A DNA stretch of 62,204 bases, filler included, from Chiloscyllium plagiosum (lineage: Eukaryota), in the NCBI RefSeq assembly GCF_004010195.1. It is 3 parts of one record of this genome, joined end to end, with 100 filler letters (N's around TTAATTAATTAA, not from the genome) between each part and the next. Parts side by side here need not be neighbours in the genome. Positions count along the whole stretch, not along the records: positions 1 to 27,668 come from NC_057712.1; 2 more parts are not named here. One strand, written 5' to 3'. The notes beneath the pieces were generated by a model. The model did no database searches and was not told the DNA's origin. It saw nothing but the letters and a program-made list of their open reading frames with translations. The translations under genes were made by a program, and so were the position numbers. This document shows, in pieces, positions 12,040 through 25,520 of this stretch (position 1 is the first letter of the stretch; every line of letters starts with the position of its first letter).

Positions 12040-13680
12040 TAATTCATTTATGGGACATGGGTGTTGTTGGTCAGGCCAGCATTTATTGCCCAGCCCCAGT
12101 TGTCCTTGAGAAGGTGGTGTTGGGCTGCCTTCTTGAATCACTGCAATCCATGTGCTGTGAATCGACTCTCGATGCATTTAAGGAGGGATTTCCAGGCTTT
12201 TGACCCAGTGGTAGTGAAGGGATGGCAAACTGCTTCAAAGTCAGAATTTGAATGACTTGCAGGGGACCTTATTGGTGGTGATGTTCCCATATATTTGCTG
12301 CCATTTATTTTCTAGATGTCACTTATAGGATTTGAAGGTGCCGCATAAGGTTCTTTGGTGAATTTCTGCATTGCATCTTATAGATGTTACCCACTGCTGC
12401 TACTAAGCACCAGTGGTGGAGAGTGTGGATGTTTATGAATGTGGTGACAGTCAAAAAGGTCTTTGTCCTGGATTGTGCCAAGCTTCTTGAGTTTTGTTGG
12501 AGCTGCACTCATCCAGAAGTGAGGAGTATTTCATTATGCTTGTCATTTGTGTCTCATAGATGGTGGATAGGCTTTGGGGAGTCAGGCAATGAATTGCTTG
12601 CTGTAGTATTCCTAATCTCTGAACTGCTGCTTTAGCCACTGTATTTATAGCGTCAGTTGAATTTAGTTTCAGGTCAATGATAACTTCCCCAGGATTTTGA
12701 TAGTTGGGGATTCAATGATGCTGTGCCATTGAATGTTGAACAGCAGTGGTTAGGTTGTTTCTTATTAAAGATGGTCATTGCCTAGCATTTGTATGGCATA
12801 AATATTGCATACTACTTTTCAGATCAAGCTTGGATATTGTCCAGGTCTTGTTGAATTTAGACATGAACTGTTCCAGTGTCTGAGGAGTTGCAAATGGTGC
12901 AGAACATTGTGCAATTGTGGGTGAACATTTTCACTTTTGGAAGGATAATCATTAATGAAGGAGCTGGAGATGTTTGGCCCTAGGACACTACCCTGAGGAA
13001 CTCCTGCTGAGATGTCCTGGAGCTGAGATGACTGACCTCCGACAACCACAATCGTCATCTGTGTGCCAGGTCTAACTCCAGTCAATGAAGAGTTTTCACC
13101 TATTCCCATTGATTGCAGTTTTGCTAAGGCTGCATCATGCCACACTGCGTCACATGTGGCCTTCATGTCAAGACCAGTCACTCTCACCTCACCCCACCTC
13201 TGAAATTCAGCTCTCTTATCCAGGTTTGAACCAAGGCTGTAATGAGGTCCAAACTCCCCCTGGTGGAATCCAATCTGGGCATCAGAGAACGGCTTTGTTT
13301 TGTGAAGCACTTACTCCTTAATAGTACTGTTGCTGACATATTCTATCACTTTATTGATAACCAAGAGTTACAAATGAGGTGGTAATTGGCCCGTTTGGAT
13401 TTATTCTGCTTTTGCTTTTTCGGACACAATTGAGTTATTTTCCACATTTCTGGGTAGATGGGCTGTATGGGAACAGCTAAACGTGTGGCAAGTTCTGGAG
13501 CATGAGTCCTCAGTACTGTTGCTGGAATGTTGTCAGGGCCTGTAACCTTTGCGTTGTTCAGTGCCTGCAACCGTTTCTTGGTATTACGTGAGTGAATCGA
13601 GTTGACAGACTGGTACCTGTGATGCTGGGGACCTTGGGCAAAGACTGAGAGTGTGGTAATGCGAAACAAGCCAGGCTGAA
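12040..13680 (-). mobile_element. Old CR1/L2-type LINE RT and 3' end (second family)
   Basis: Minus-strand ORF pieces TGPDNIPA, QIGFHQG and GVPQGSVLGP..FIND. Confidence 0.85.
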
Positions 13681-13694
13681 GGAGATTATTGAAA

Positions 13695-13945
13695 GACATA
13701 TGTTTATATCATACCTTTCATGACCTGAGGAAGTTTTGATATACTTTAAATACAATGAAATGCTTTGGAAGTATAATTATTCTGTTATGGAAGAAATGCA
13801 GCAGTTGCTTACTGCATAGCAATGATCCAAAAATACAATGCAGTTATAACAAGAAAATTTGTTTGTAGTTGAGGAATAAATATTGTCTCGGAAAATTCCC
13901 CTTTTACTCTGAAATACTATCATGGAATCTTTAATGTACAACTTT
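13695..13945 (-). mobile_element. Degenerate DeuSINE 3' half
   Basis: Contains gttgaggaataaatattg...gaaatactatcatggaatcttta, similar to the minus-strand Deu domain. Confidence 0.5.
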
Positions 13946-13989
13946 TAGAGACTGCTAGGAAGGGGAGATGGCTTGGGAGAATCAAGGAG

Positions 13990-14760
13990 CTTATTTTTGA
14001 TTTTTGTTAAAGAAGATCAGACTACTGGAGGTTCTGAATATTTTATTTCAAAATTGGGAGATATTTTTTAATCCTTCTAATCAAGTAGGCAAACCAATAA
14101 ATGTATTGAGACATGGGTGCAAACTAGTCACTGATCTTGAGTGATGATTCATGAGCCCTCTGGAAGAGGAACTGTAAATATATTAATTGGAGGCATATGT
14201 AGATGTTGCAAATTGGTACTATTGTATAGCATTGAATTATTGTAACTTTGTAAGTGGAGAGTTGTAGTTGGAGTAATACCGCAAACCCCTATTGAAGGAA
14301 TTGATTTTATCTTGGGGTGTGACCTGGCTGGATCAAAAATTTTAGCCTTAATAAGGGTATTCCCACATTTAATAAAAGTATAGGAAACTTAGTTACTATA
14401 GGAGAAGCCTCTTGGATTGTGTTATGATTTGATTCAAAGCCCATAGAATAAAACAGGAAGAGTCTATGCAAAAGGGGAGGGTGACATGTAAATTCAATTA
14501 TTTGACGCTAGTTTTGAAAATAAAATAAAAGAGAATGAGGCTGACCTGTTTAGCCCATCATCTTTAACAGAAAGGCAACAGGTAAATCCTAAGTTGAGAG
14601 AACTGTATCAAATAGCCTACTTAGCTATCAAATCTGAGTATTTTTATTTAAACGTCAAAGTGCTTATGAGCAAACAGAGGCCAGCCAAAAGTGAGCAATA
14701 GACAGTTTCATGATTGTTCTATCTGACAGTGGTGACAAGATTTCACGAGTGAGTCACAAA
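13990..14760 (+). mobile_element. Degraded Gmr1-like Gypsy internal fragment (protease to pre-integrase)
   Basis: Frameshifted KPINVLR(DT)GA..SL, then VVGVIPQTPIEGIDFILGCDLAGSK and LTERQQVNPKLRELYQ; same family as 61546-62204. Confidence 0.7.
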
Positions 14761-14999
14761 ATTCCAGTGGCACATTACCATAGTTATTTGAGACAATGGT
14801 TGGAGGATGGTGTTCAGAGAATTGGGCAAGCATGGCTTGTCACAAAACATAATTAAATAAAGGGATTTTGCAAGTCTCATTGACTGATACAGCCAAAGGA
14901 ATATTCCCAAATGGACATTATCAATGCACATTTATACAACTTGGAATGAAAAATGCATCAGCAACTTGAGAATGATTAGCCAACAGACCATCAAAAGAT

Positions 15000-16140
15000 T
15001 ATGACACTGTGCAGTCTCGTTGCATTCAGTCGACCTTGGAAGACCGTGAACTTTGTAAGAAGTGAATTTTCCAGAGTAAAAGAAATTTGTTTGGACATAT
15101 TTAAAGAGAAATTACCTACCAGCATCACCGCCCTCTGAGCATTTACCTGCTAATGTGTTTGCTGACTTTGTTTGCAACCCGAAGGGATAGGTGCCCAGAA
15201 GGTAGCTCATTGAGACAGAATCCGGTACGCTCAAAGGGAAGAGATTTAACAACAGAGGTGCAGTTATAAACAGTCCAACAAGTCAGGGCTGGGAAAATAA
15301 TTCCTGAGGTGCATTGGAGAAAATGCCAGTAACGGTGTGGAGTTATCAGGGAGCAAAGCCATTTTTCAAGGTTCCTTAAAACGTGGGTTTAAGGAACAAT
15401 TGCTGGTAGCAAGTGAGCTGAGTTAGCAACTTGACTAAAGGTTTTGGGAGGAGATAGTAACTAAAGAAAATAGCATCAAATGCACACATATTTGCTGACA
15501 AGCCTACTAAAACTGTGATAGCTGAACAGGGGCCCTTTGCTGAGGTTTTAGGTAAAAATGTTGAATCTGTCTTTCAGATTTTTGCAATAAAACTGTTAAA
15601 TATTTCTTGTGTACTGTAACATAGTTTGTTTGCTTTTTTGTTTGTGTTCAAGCTTTTATATTTTGTTAAAAGCACATTGACCTCATAGAGTCATAGAGAT
15701 GTACAGCATGGAACCAGACCCTTCGATCCAACTCGTCCATGCCGACCAGATATCCCAACCCAATCTACTCCCACCTGCCAGCACCCGGCCCATATCCCTC
15801 CAAACCCTCCCTATTCATATACCCATCCAACTGCCTCTTAAATGTTGCAATTGTACCAGCCTCCACCACTTCTTGTGGCAACTCATTCCATACACGTACC
15901 ACCCTCTGCGTGAAAACGTTGCCCGTAGGTCTCTTTTATATCTTTCCCCTCTCACCCTAAACCAATGCCCTCTAGTTCTGGACTCCCCAACCCCAGGGAA
16001 AAGACTTTGCGTATTTACCCGATCCATGCCCCTTATCTTGTGAGTATGTTTAGTAACAGACCTCCATAGTGAACGAAAAGCAAAATATAACTTATGATCT
16101 ATCCAGTCAAGTCTCGTTCTGGATTTGACATTGAGTATTA
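15000..16140 (+). mobile_element. Probable Gypsy LTR interrupted by a HER1 tail
   Basis: Follows the Gypsy internal fragment; 3' part resembles 18480-18620; boundaries uncertain. Confidence 0.4.
15685..16035 (-). mobile_element. HER1/CR1 LINE 3' end
   Basis: Inverted tail atagagtcatagagatgtacagcatgg...; reverse complement closely similar to 3441-3790. Confidence 0.9.
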
Positions 16141-17920
16141 CCATCAATTAGGTTCAAAGTCGTGAGTTTATTCTCCCTATTCGAGGAGAAAAGTAAAATG
16201 TTTTGTAATAGCTGTGCAATTTCTAAATGTTGATATACATTGAGACTTGAATATACTTGTTTATGGAATACATAGAATGCAATGTAGGAGCAATTCCAAA
16301 GGCATTGTAGTTGAGATCTTGCTAATGAACAGCTGTGTGTAAATGAGGATTTGAAGATGAATATAGATGGAACAATGGTCATTTGTGAAGTGACTTTGGG
16401 CATTGGGAAGGAAGCTGTTACATGAAATTTGGTGGCTGGATGAGAACAGACAAGACTGGTTTAGTCAAGGATGGTACTGTGATGACAGACTGGAGAGGGG
16501 AAGATATAAAGGAAAATTGCATTATAGATTTATGTTAAAAACTGTGGAGAGATCAAGTATGACGCTGTGCTTTCACTTATCATAGATCAGTTGGGCATTT
16601 TTATTAAGTTTATCCGCATAATTGTCTGTTGGTATGCCAGTTTGCACATGTCACTAGTCACCTGGAAAAAGTTAAACAGAGTTTTGTGTAAATTGATAAT
16701 GCAATTTATAGAAAAAAGCTTCACAATTATAATTTCAATTGTGACTTCTTAAAACTTGCAGTATATTTCACTATTTTTAAAACTAAAGAACAAAAGTCTG
16801 ATAGTCCCAGTATTTAGACAATTCTTATTATTTTTGCAGGGTCTCCTTAATTGGTAGATTCTAGTAACATTTTCTTGTAGTTGTGATATTCATTTATAAG
16901 TTGCAGTGCTTCATGAAATCTAATGAAGGCTTATCCTGTCTTTTGGTTGAAGTAGCTACCTTGCCAGAATTAAATGTAATCTAAGTGGAAACTAATAAAT
17001 CGCATATGTTTTTTATGTTAATTTTAACTATGTTTATAGACTGTGAATGGCCTTTTTTAACATCTGTGGTAGTATTGTTCTATAAAATCCAATATTCCAA
17101 AATACCACTCAAATTTATGTGAAGTTGATTTTACTACGTACAAAAGGTTATTTATATTACTATACGCATTGTACTCTCATGCTTACAGGTTATTAAAACA
17201 GTTTGTGCAATGTATATGTAATTAATTTTGACTTTGAGAAATAACCAGTTTTAGAATGCAACTTTAAACATATCAGAAATATTTTAACTTGATTATGATT
17301 GTATTCATCTTTTAAGTAGAGAAGGGTCTACGTTATTAGCATGAGGTATCATCAATGTAAGCTGATTATTGTGATTGAAGATTTTTACAATTGTGATGTA
17401 AGCAATGTGATTTGTGTATATTTGAATATCAGTTACTTTAGTTTGGATTTGAGCTAGTTTCACTTGGTTTTGATTTAAGATTTAACGATTAACTTGCAAG
17501 TACTGCCGTAGCCATGGTTTTTTTTAAAATGTGAGAGAGAGAGTTTGTGAAGCGTAATGGGGTTTTGCTTTCATTAGGAAAATTTTATGTGCAAACAAAG
17601 TAAGCAGTTGTGCATTTAGCGTTGTTTAGAAGTTCAGAAATTTTTTTCACTTACAGGAAATGCCCACAGCTTGAAAAAAAGCTTTTGAGTTTCAGGCTGG
17701 CAAGCTTTGCAGAAGTCTTAGCTGAAACTGTATGTGTAAACAATTCCTCCTGAGAAGTGTTGTGAAATGTGTTAGTTCAGCGCATGTGGTTTAGCTTTAA
17801 GGTCCAGACCAAAAGGTAGCGTTGAAAGTTATCAGATTTCATGATCACATTGAATGGTGGAGCATACTCGCTGGGCTAATTGTCTTACTTCTGATCCTTT
17901 GTCTTATGGTGTTCTAGAAT

Positions 17921-18186
17921 GATTAGATTACTTACAGTGTGGAAACAGACCCTTCGGCCCAACAAGTCCACACCGCCCCGCCGAAGTGCAACCCACCCAT
18001 ACCCCTACATTTACCCCTTACCTAACACTACGGGCAATTTAGCATGGCCAATTCACCTGACCTGCACATCTTTGGACTGTGGGAGGAAACCGGAGCACCC
18101 GGAGGAAACCCACGCAGACACGGGGAGAACCCAGGTCTCTAGTGCTGTGAGGCAGCAGTGCTAACCACTGTGCCACCGTGCCGCCC
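17921..18186 (-). mobile_element. HE1-type V-SINE with an internal deletion
   Basis: tRNA-like head ...ccaccgtgccgccc and (ctaat)n tail; B-box region deleted at a GAAC microhomology. Confidence 0.9.
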
Positions 18187-19689
18187 TATGTTTAGTTAAA
18201 ACCCAGAAGGTATTATTTGAAGCTGTGAAAGTCTTTGCTCAGTTGTACAAAGGCTCCAAGAAAAGACTATCAAATTCTTAGGACTAGGAATTCATGCATC
18301 TGTTCAGTGAAACTCTTTTCTATTATAGTGAAAGGACTTTTCTCTCTAGTGTTAGTACAGCAAAAGAGTGTTGTTAGAATTATTGGGACTGTGTTTCATC
18401 ACAAATTTCAAAATATTTATACTTGTGTTATATATAAATAGTGGTTTATTCTATTTTATCTTCATTTCTTTTGTGCATTAAACTTTTTTGTTAAAACCAA
18501 ATCTGCAGCATTGAGTGTTTGTGTTTCAGGTAAGGACCACTTTGTTAAAGCCAAAATAAATGGCAATAAGATCTATCAAGCCAGATTTCAGCCAGGGATC
18601 TGATTTGTACAGTTGTAACATCAGTTGGGCTCAATACAATGCAGTCAATGTACTTATCTGTGTATGCCAGTAACAGTTACATTTATTTACATTGAAAATG
18701 CTTTATTGTGAAACAAAATGTCAACTTACAGAGGAAAGAAAGAAAATATTTCCCATTGGTCAAATATTTATCAGTTAGAGTACTTCATGCTTACATAATT
18801 TTGTCCATTTGATGTAACATGATTTCACATCTGAAAAGTATTATAAAATTTACTCCAAATTCTAAGGTTAAAAATAATGGCTCTTGGAAGTGATGTGGTG
18901 TGTAAGTATACAAACAGTATGCTCTTTTAATCCAATTTTTGTCAAGTCACTTTTTTTAGTATAGTGTTGCACTGTTTGTCATGTTTATGCCAACTATTTG
19001 CAAGTTTATTGTTATGTTGTGTTATCAACATAATTAAAGAAAATATATTCACTTAAACAGTGATTGAAGCACTTCATTGAAATGTCTACTCAAAAAGCAA
19101 ATTCATGTTAACTTTTAGAGTGGACTATAATTTACTATGTGTGCTATTCTGTGTAAATACAAGTAATCTCTTAAAGTAATTCTAAATCTCTTATATGCTC
19201 ATACTAGAATAAAAAAACGTTAACTGTATCATGCATCGTGTTCCCTGGATAAGTACTATAGGAATTTGAGATAAATTGTGCATTTGTCAAAATGTTTTGA
19301 TGCAGGTCAATGAAGTAAAGCTGCACTAGTCAACTTGCATTATGATTTCAATTTAATTGAACTGAGTCAGCCTTTACACTTCTCATGGGGCAATTGCAAT
19401 CTAAAGTGTAGCAGAGATCAATTTAATTGATTTATAGTCTGATATTGTTATTACATTTTATGGAGCCTAAAACATTCTTGGTTTTATTTTTCCCTTGTAC
19501 ATTATTTTGGGCCATTGTTGTTGCTCTGCATTTGCTTTCAGGAAATTTCTGCAAATGTTTCTCGCTTCCACCATATGGATAAATAACACCTTTAAAAATA
19601 TGCATCCTTGACTCATCCAATTCAGTCTCTGCAACTAACTAGTGAAAAGTATCCATGCGTTTAGCTGAATACTGATTAATCTGTGTCTG

Positions 19690-19930
19690 CCATCAGCTCA
19701 GTTGGTGGAATCTCACCTCTGAGTCAGCAAGTTGTTACTCCAGCTCCAATGAAAGACTAGAGTAAGTAATTTAGGCTAATACTTTGAAATCAACTTGCAA
19801 CACCTGGGACGTGATACTGAAGCTTGTTCACTTGTTCAAGTGGACATTAAATATGTCTTAGATGAGCAGGAGGTATTTTGATGTCCTTGCCAGCATTGAT
19901 TTCTCAATGGATACCACCAAAATTAATTAT
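19690..19930 (+). mobile_element. Degenerate tRNA-headed DeuSINE
   Basis: Head cagctcagttggtgg..ctcacctctgagtcag followed by Deu-like tcaagtggacattaaa...gtccttgccagcatt. Confidence 0.55.
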
Positions 19931-20509
19931 ACATCTTATGTATAGAATTCTCTGCTCTTTTCCTATACTCATTACTACTTTCCCCATTTGAAGGTGCAAT
20001 TTTTAATGCTTCAACATTATTTGTGTTAAAGAAAATCTCTTCATGATGTTGCATTTATGTTGTGCGCAATTCTTTTTCTAATCTTCATTCATTCTTCCTG
20101 CAGTCATCTTAAACTTGTACCTACTTAATGCTGTCGTGCTCTGGTTTAGATGATCTCTTAGTATTTCCCTTATAATAATTCTCTTTAATTTTTGAGCTTC
20201 AGGGCAAGTGTTCTTACTTCTCACATTTTCTTTCTAACTGTACTTCACATCTCTGTATTTTCTGTTTATTTTATAATCTTCCCTAATAGGGAATTCCAAA
20301 CTGTGCATAACACTCCCTACTCTGATCTGTTACAAACTTCTACAAGTCTTTTTTGTTTGTTTACAAGGTGTGGGTATCTGTGCCTAGGTCAGAATTTGTT
20401 GTCCATCCCTATTTGTCCCAGATGTGTTGATAAGCCGCCACCTTGAACCAGTGCACTCTTTTTCATGTAGGTACACCCACAATATTATTGGGAAGAGAAG
20501 TGAAAGAAG

Positions 20510-21275
20510 TGTTAGTTTTACGGACCAGACCAGACACCCTGAAAATGTATTAAGAAGGTAGCCCAGACCCTAACTTTTTCTTATTTTAAAGGTAAACATG
20601 AGGTGCTGTGTTCCAGATGCAATTCGATTGGTCAAACAACTTGACGTTAAGCAAAACACAATTTATTCAAATGCTATTGTTAAAATGCACCAAAAGAAAG
20701 AGGAACTTGAACAGCACGGGGTTAGATACAGGGTAAAGCTCAATCTACACTGTCGCCCAACAAACAATCCCAGCACAGGGACATCACGGGTTTTGATACA
20801 GAGTAAAGCTCTCTCTACAATGTCCCATCAAACTCTATTGGAAAACTTAAAAGAATAATAGATTATTTTACTTCTAAGAAGTAACTGTTCCAATACAGTA
20901 ACATCCCATTTGGCAAAAAGTCAAATTCATGCTTTACATGCAGTTCTCCAATTCAGGAGGAAAGAACATCAAAAGACAATTCGGAGAGAAAGCTCAGAGA
21001 GAATATAGTAGCTGGAAGAGATTCACTGGCTTCCAAACCTGCTAAGATCCCAAGAACAATTGTTGAATCTAAAACTGAAAACTAAAAATCCTAGAAATCC
21101 TGGTCTGTGAGAGCTGGCCTTACCCATCCAGGCTGCGTCTATTGTTCCACTTGTAAAAAAAAAACTCAAGACCTCGCAAGCTGTTTGCACATACTGTTCG
21201 TCATCTCTTGTTCAATCTCTCTCTGAAAAGAAACCAGGACAAAATGCACTACTTAAAACCACAGCTTCATTATAT
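20510..21275 (-). mobile_element. Solo LTR-like element
   Basis: Homologous, in the opposite orientation, to 42110-42708 (shared taactgttccaatacagtaaca and aaacaca.tttattca). Confidence 0.6.
20711..20836. repeat. About 1.8 units of a 70-bp tandem repeat
   Basis: acagcacggggttagatacagggtaaagctc..tctacactgtc at 20711 repeats as acatcacgggttttgatacagagtaaagctctctctacaatgtc at 20781. Confidence 0.8.
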
Positions 21276-22685
21276 TAGGAAGTGCAACATTACTTTCTTA
21301 ACTTTGTTTGCTATATCTCAGTATAAAACCAAGTAATTTATTTGCCCTTTTATTGTTTTTATTGATGTTGCTATGATCAGTTGAGCTGAGTCGCAGCTCC
21401 ATTTTTTTTTAAACCCACTCTTCATTGGCTGCTATGTTGTTATTGTTTTTCATTTTTCACATGCAGCTATCATCCTTCAATTAAGCCCAACTACCCAAGT
21501 TAAAAATGAAGGAAATCCAATTCCAATGTTTTCTTGAGTGAAAGAGGGTGTAGTTTTATTATCTACTACTACCCCCAAAGAGTTAATAAAACATGACAGT
21601 AGAAACAGACAAAGATAATAAGCTTACGAAGAAAACATTTCATTCAGCGAGTAGTTATGACATGGAATGCGCTGCCTGGATATGTGGTGAAGACAGGCTC
21701 AATTGAAGCATTCAGGAGAGCATTGGATAGTTATTTGAAGAAAAGTAATGTACAGGGGTATGGGAAGAAAGCAGGTGATTGACACTAGGTACTGATACTC
21801 ATTTAATGAGCCTGTGTAGGCATAATGAGTTGAATGACCGCATTCTGGATTGTAATACTTCTGTGATTCTGTGCAGGTTGGGAAGGCATGTCTCGTAATT
21901 TAGGAAGGTAAAGGCAGTTGCAGTTTACACTTTTTTTTTCCAAGAGTCTTTGAACTGTGAGAGGGAAACCGGAGTTCCAACTGCTTAACTGTTGTCCTGT
22001 TTTGTCAGGAATTATGAAGTTTGCAGATACCCTTGATTTGTTAGTTAACTGTTTTTTCAGGTTTTGTGTTATTGGCGGAGTCAAGATCGAGACAGAAGAA
22101 CTTCATTGATACTTGCTCTTATCAGTAAATGTAATGTTCTACTTTGTTGCTCAGTACACACAACAGGAATGTGCTACATTTTTATATTCCAAGTCTAACT
22201 CCACTATTCTTGTTTCAAACGAAGCACTGCACACGTAATCTCTTAATCCAACATGTGAAGTTATCACATGTAAACTAAAAGATGCAAATTTATTAACATC
22301 TTACTGAGTTTTGGTGTCTCTTCATTAAAGTGGTCATTCAGAAGCAGCCCGTTTTCATATATTTCATGTAGCTGCTTAAAGTTGGTCAGATGGTTACAGC
22401 AGAGCTGAAAATGTGTTGCTGGAAGAGCGCAGCAGGTCAGGCAGCATCCAAGGAGCAGGAGAATCGATATTTCGGGCATGAGCCATTTTAGGTCAGTATC
22501 ATTTTCAAAAATTACCATTAGTCCACAAAAACTTTGGGTATTAAAGTCAAATGATAGGTGTTGACTATTGATATTCCGTTTACACTATGGTCGTAACAAT
22601 GTTATTGTCTGTGTACCTTTATACCAAGCCTCTACTGACTTTGCATTTAAATCCTTCCTCTGAAGGGTCATTGTTTTTCCTTGAC

Positions 22686-23630
22686 TTGGAGGTACTGGTG
22701 TTGGACTAGGGTGGACAAAGTTAAAAAAAAATCACACGACACCCGGTTATAGTACCAACAGGTTTATCTCGAAGCACTAGCTTTCAGAGCGCCACTCCTT
22801 CATCAGGTGATTGTAGAGGTTAAGATCATATGCACAGAATTTATAGCCAAAGGAGTCCAGTGTCATGGAGACATGATACCGTAAACAATCTTAGATTAAA
22901 ACTTTTATCTTTTATAATGGGATATGCTGGTTTCTGTTAGTTGATATGTGAATCCCAGAACTTCTTTTAAGTTACATTTTACATTTTCTTTCAAATTACA
23001 TTTTTGTGTTGTCTTCAGAGAACTAAGACACAGAAAATCCTTCAGTCCTGTAAAATTTTTATTTGTGAAGTTTAAGATTACATGATTTTTTTTTTCTTGA
23101 TGTGGAGGTGCCTGTATTGGACTGGGGTGGACAAAGTTAAAAATCACACAACACCAGGTTATAATCCAACATGTTTAGCTTTCGGAGTGCAGCTCCTTTA
23201 TCAGGTAGCTGTGGAGCAGGATCATGAGACACAGAATTTATAGCAAGTTTACAGAATTTATATTGAACATATCTAGATTGCTGTTAAGTCTTTTATCTTT
23301 AGAATGAGTTGCAGGTTTTGATTCATTAATATGTAAATCCCAGAACTTCTTTCCAGTCATGTTCTCAAGATAACTTAAGGGTTCATGAAAAAAAAGTGAC
23401 ATCTCAGCTCAGACAATGCAGAATCTGTTGCAGAAGCGTGATGTCTGTTGCAGAAACGTGATGTCTGTGTCCATATGCGCAATCTTCATGGAGATCCTCT
23501 CCACTTTGATCCTATCCTCTTTCTACTTTGGAAATAGAATAAGTCTGGCTCAATATTTGGATACAGACAGACTCTAACCTCACACCTTTAATGCTTTGTC
23601 TGAGCTGAAATGTCACCTTTTTAAAATAAA
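22686..23630. mobile_element. PLE terminal repeats: two tandem minus-strand copies and the start of an inverted plus-strand copy
   Basis: Repeated ggaggt..tg..ttggact.gggtggacaaagttaaaa at about 22688 and 23104; inverted arm from about 23570 continues at 25263. Confidence 0.8.
22775..22809 (-). ncRNA. Minimal type I hammerhead ribozyme motif, intact core
   Basis: Reverse complement reads CAC-CUGAUGA-a-GGAGU ggc GCUCU-GAAA-GC-UA-GUG; stem I CAC/GUG; palindromic AGCU stem III. Confidence 0.75.
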
Positions 23631-23633
23631 ACC

Positions 23634-25262
23634 AAGGAAGTTAATTGGGTTGAACTGAGAAATAAGAAAGGCATGATCACCTTATTGGGATTGTATTATA
23701 GACCCCCTAATAGTCAGAGGGAAATTGAGAAACAGATTTGTTAGGAGATGTCAGTTATCTGTAAGAATAATAGGGTGGTTATGGTAGGGGATTTTAACTT
23801 TCCAAACATAGATTGGGACTGCCGCAATGTTAAGGGTTTAGATGGAGAGGAATTTGTTAAGTGTGTACAATAAAATTTTCTGATTCAGTATGTGGATGTA
23901 CCTACTAGAGAAGGTGCAAAACCTGACCTACTCTTGGGAAATAAGGCAGGGCAGGTGACTGAGGTGTCAGCGAGGGAGCACTTTGGGGCCAGCGACCATA
24001 ATTCTATTTGTTTTAAAATAGTGATGGAAAAGGATAGACCAGATCTCAAAGTTGAAATTCTAAATTGGAGAAAGGCCAATACAGAAAGACTGCATCAGGC
24101 ACGAACTTTCAAAAGCTGATTGGGGGTGGATATTCACAAGTAAGGGGACGGCTGGAAAAAGGGAAGCCTTCAGCAATGAGATAATGAGAGTTTAGAAACA
24201 GTACATTCCTGTTAGGGTGAAAGAAAGGCTGGTGGGTGTAGGGAATGCTAGATGACGAGAGAAGTTGAGGGTTTGGTTAAGAAAAAGAAGGAAGCATATG
24301 TCAGGTATAGAGAGGATAGGTTGAATGAATCCTTAAAAGAGTATAAAGGCAGTAGGAGTATACTTAAGAGGGGAAACAGGAGAGCAAAAATGGGACATGA
24401 GATAGCTTTGGCAAATAGTTCAGGAGAATCCAAAGGGTTTTTACAAATACGTTAAGGACAAAAGGGTAACTAGGGAGAGAATAGGACCCCTCAAAGATCA
24501 GCAAGTCGGCCTTATGTGTGGAACTGCAGAAGATGGGGGAGATACTAAACAAGTATTTTGCATCAGTGTTTACTGTGGTAAAGAACATGGAAGATATAGA
24601 AAGTGGGGAAATAGATGGTGACATCTTGAAAAGTGTCCATATTACAGAGGAGGAAGTGCTGGATATCTCTAAACACATAAAAGTGGATAAATCCCCAGGA
24701 CCTGATCAGATGTACCCGAGAATTCTAGGAAGCTAAGGAAGTGATTGCTGGGGAATTCTGGTCTCTTTGCAGTCAGAAGGATGTTGTGAAACTTGAAAGG
24801 GTTCCGAAAAGATTTACAAGCATGTTGCCAGGTTTGGAGGATTTGAACTATGGGAAGAGGTTGAATAGGCTGGGGCTGTTTTCCCTGGAGCGTCGGAGGC
24901 TGAGATTTATAAAATCATGAGGGGCATGGATGGGATAAATAGACAACATCTTTTCCCTGGGGTGGGGGAAGTCCAGAACTAAAGGGCATAGAGAGGAGAA
25001 AGATATAAAAGTAACCTAAGGCGTAACTTTTTCAAAGAGAGGGTATTGTGTCTATGGAATGAGCTGCCAAAGGAAGCGGTGGAGGCTAGTATGATTGCAA
25101 CATTTAAAAGGCATCTGGATGGGTATATGAATAGAAAGGGTTAGAGAGATACAGGCCAAGTGCTGGCAGGTGGGACTAGTTTGGGTTATGGTATCTGGTC
25201 GGCATGAATGAGTTGGACCAAAGGGCCTGTTTCCGTGCTGTACATCTCTATGACTCTATGAC
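23634..25262 (+). mobile_element. HER1/CR1 LINE, APE to tail, with a large internal RT deletion near 24755
   Basis: YYRPP, GDFNFP, SDHNS and KSPGPD, then a jump to the C-terminal region; (ctatgact)n tail. Confidence 0.9.
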
Positions 25263-25520
25263 TGTATATCTCAAGAATGTGACTGGAAGATGTTCTGGGA
25301 TTTACACGTTAATCAACCGAAACCTGCAACCCATTCTAAGAGGACTTGACAGCAATCTAGGTTTGTTCAATATATCGTTTCAGTTGCATGACACTAATCT
25401 TTTGCTATAAATTGTGTGTCTTATGATTCTGCTCCACAGCTACCCGATGAGCACCACTCCAAAAGCTGGTACTTGCAAATAAACCTGTAACCTGATGGTG
25501 TGTGATTTTTAGATTTGTTT
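25263..25520 (+). mobile_element. Continuation of the PLE inverted arm after the CR1 insertion
   Basis: Reverse complement of 23140-23370; decayed hammerhead (cccgatga...ctccaaaagct). Confidence 0.75.
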
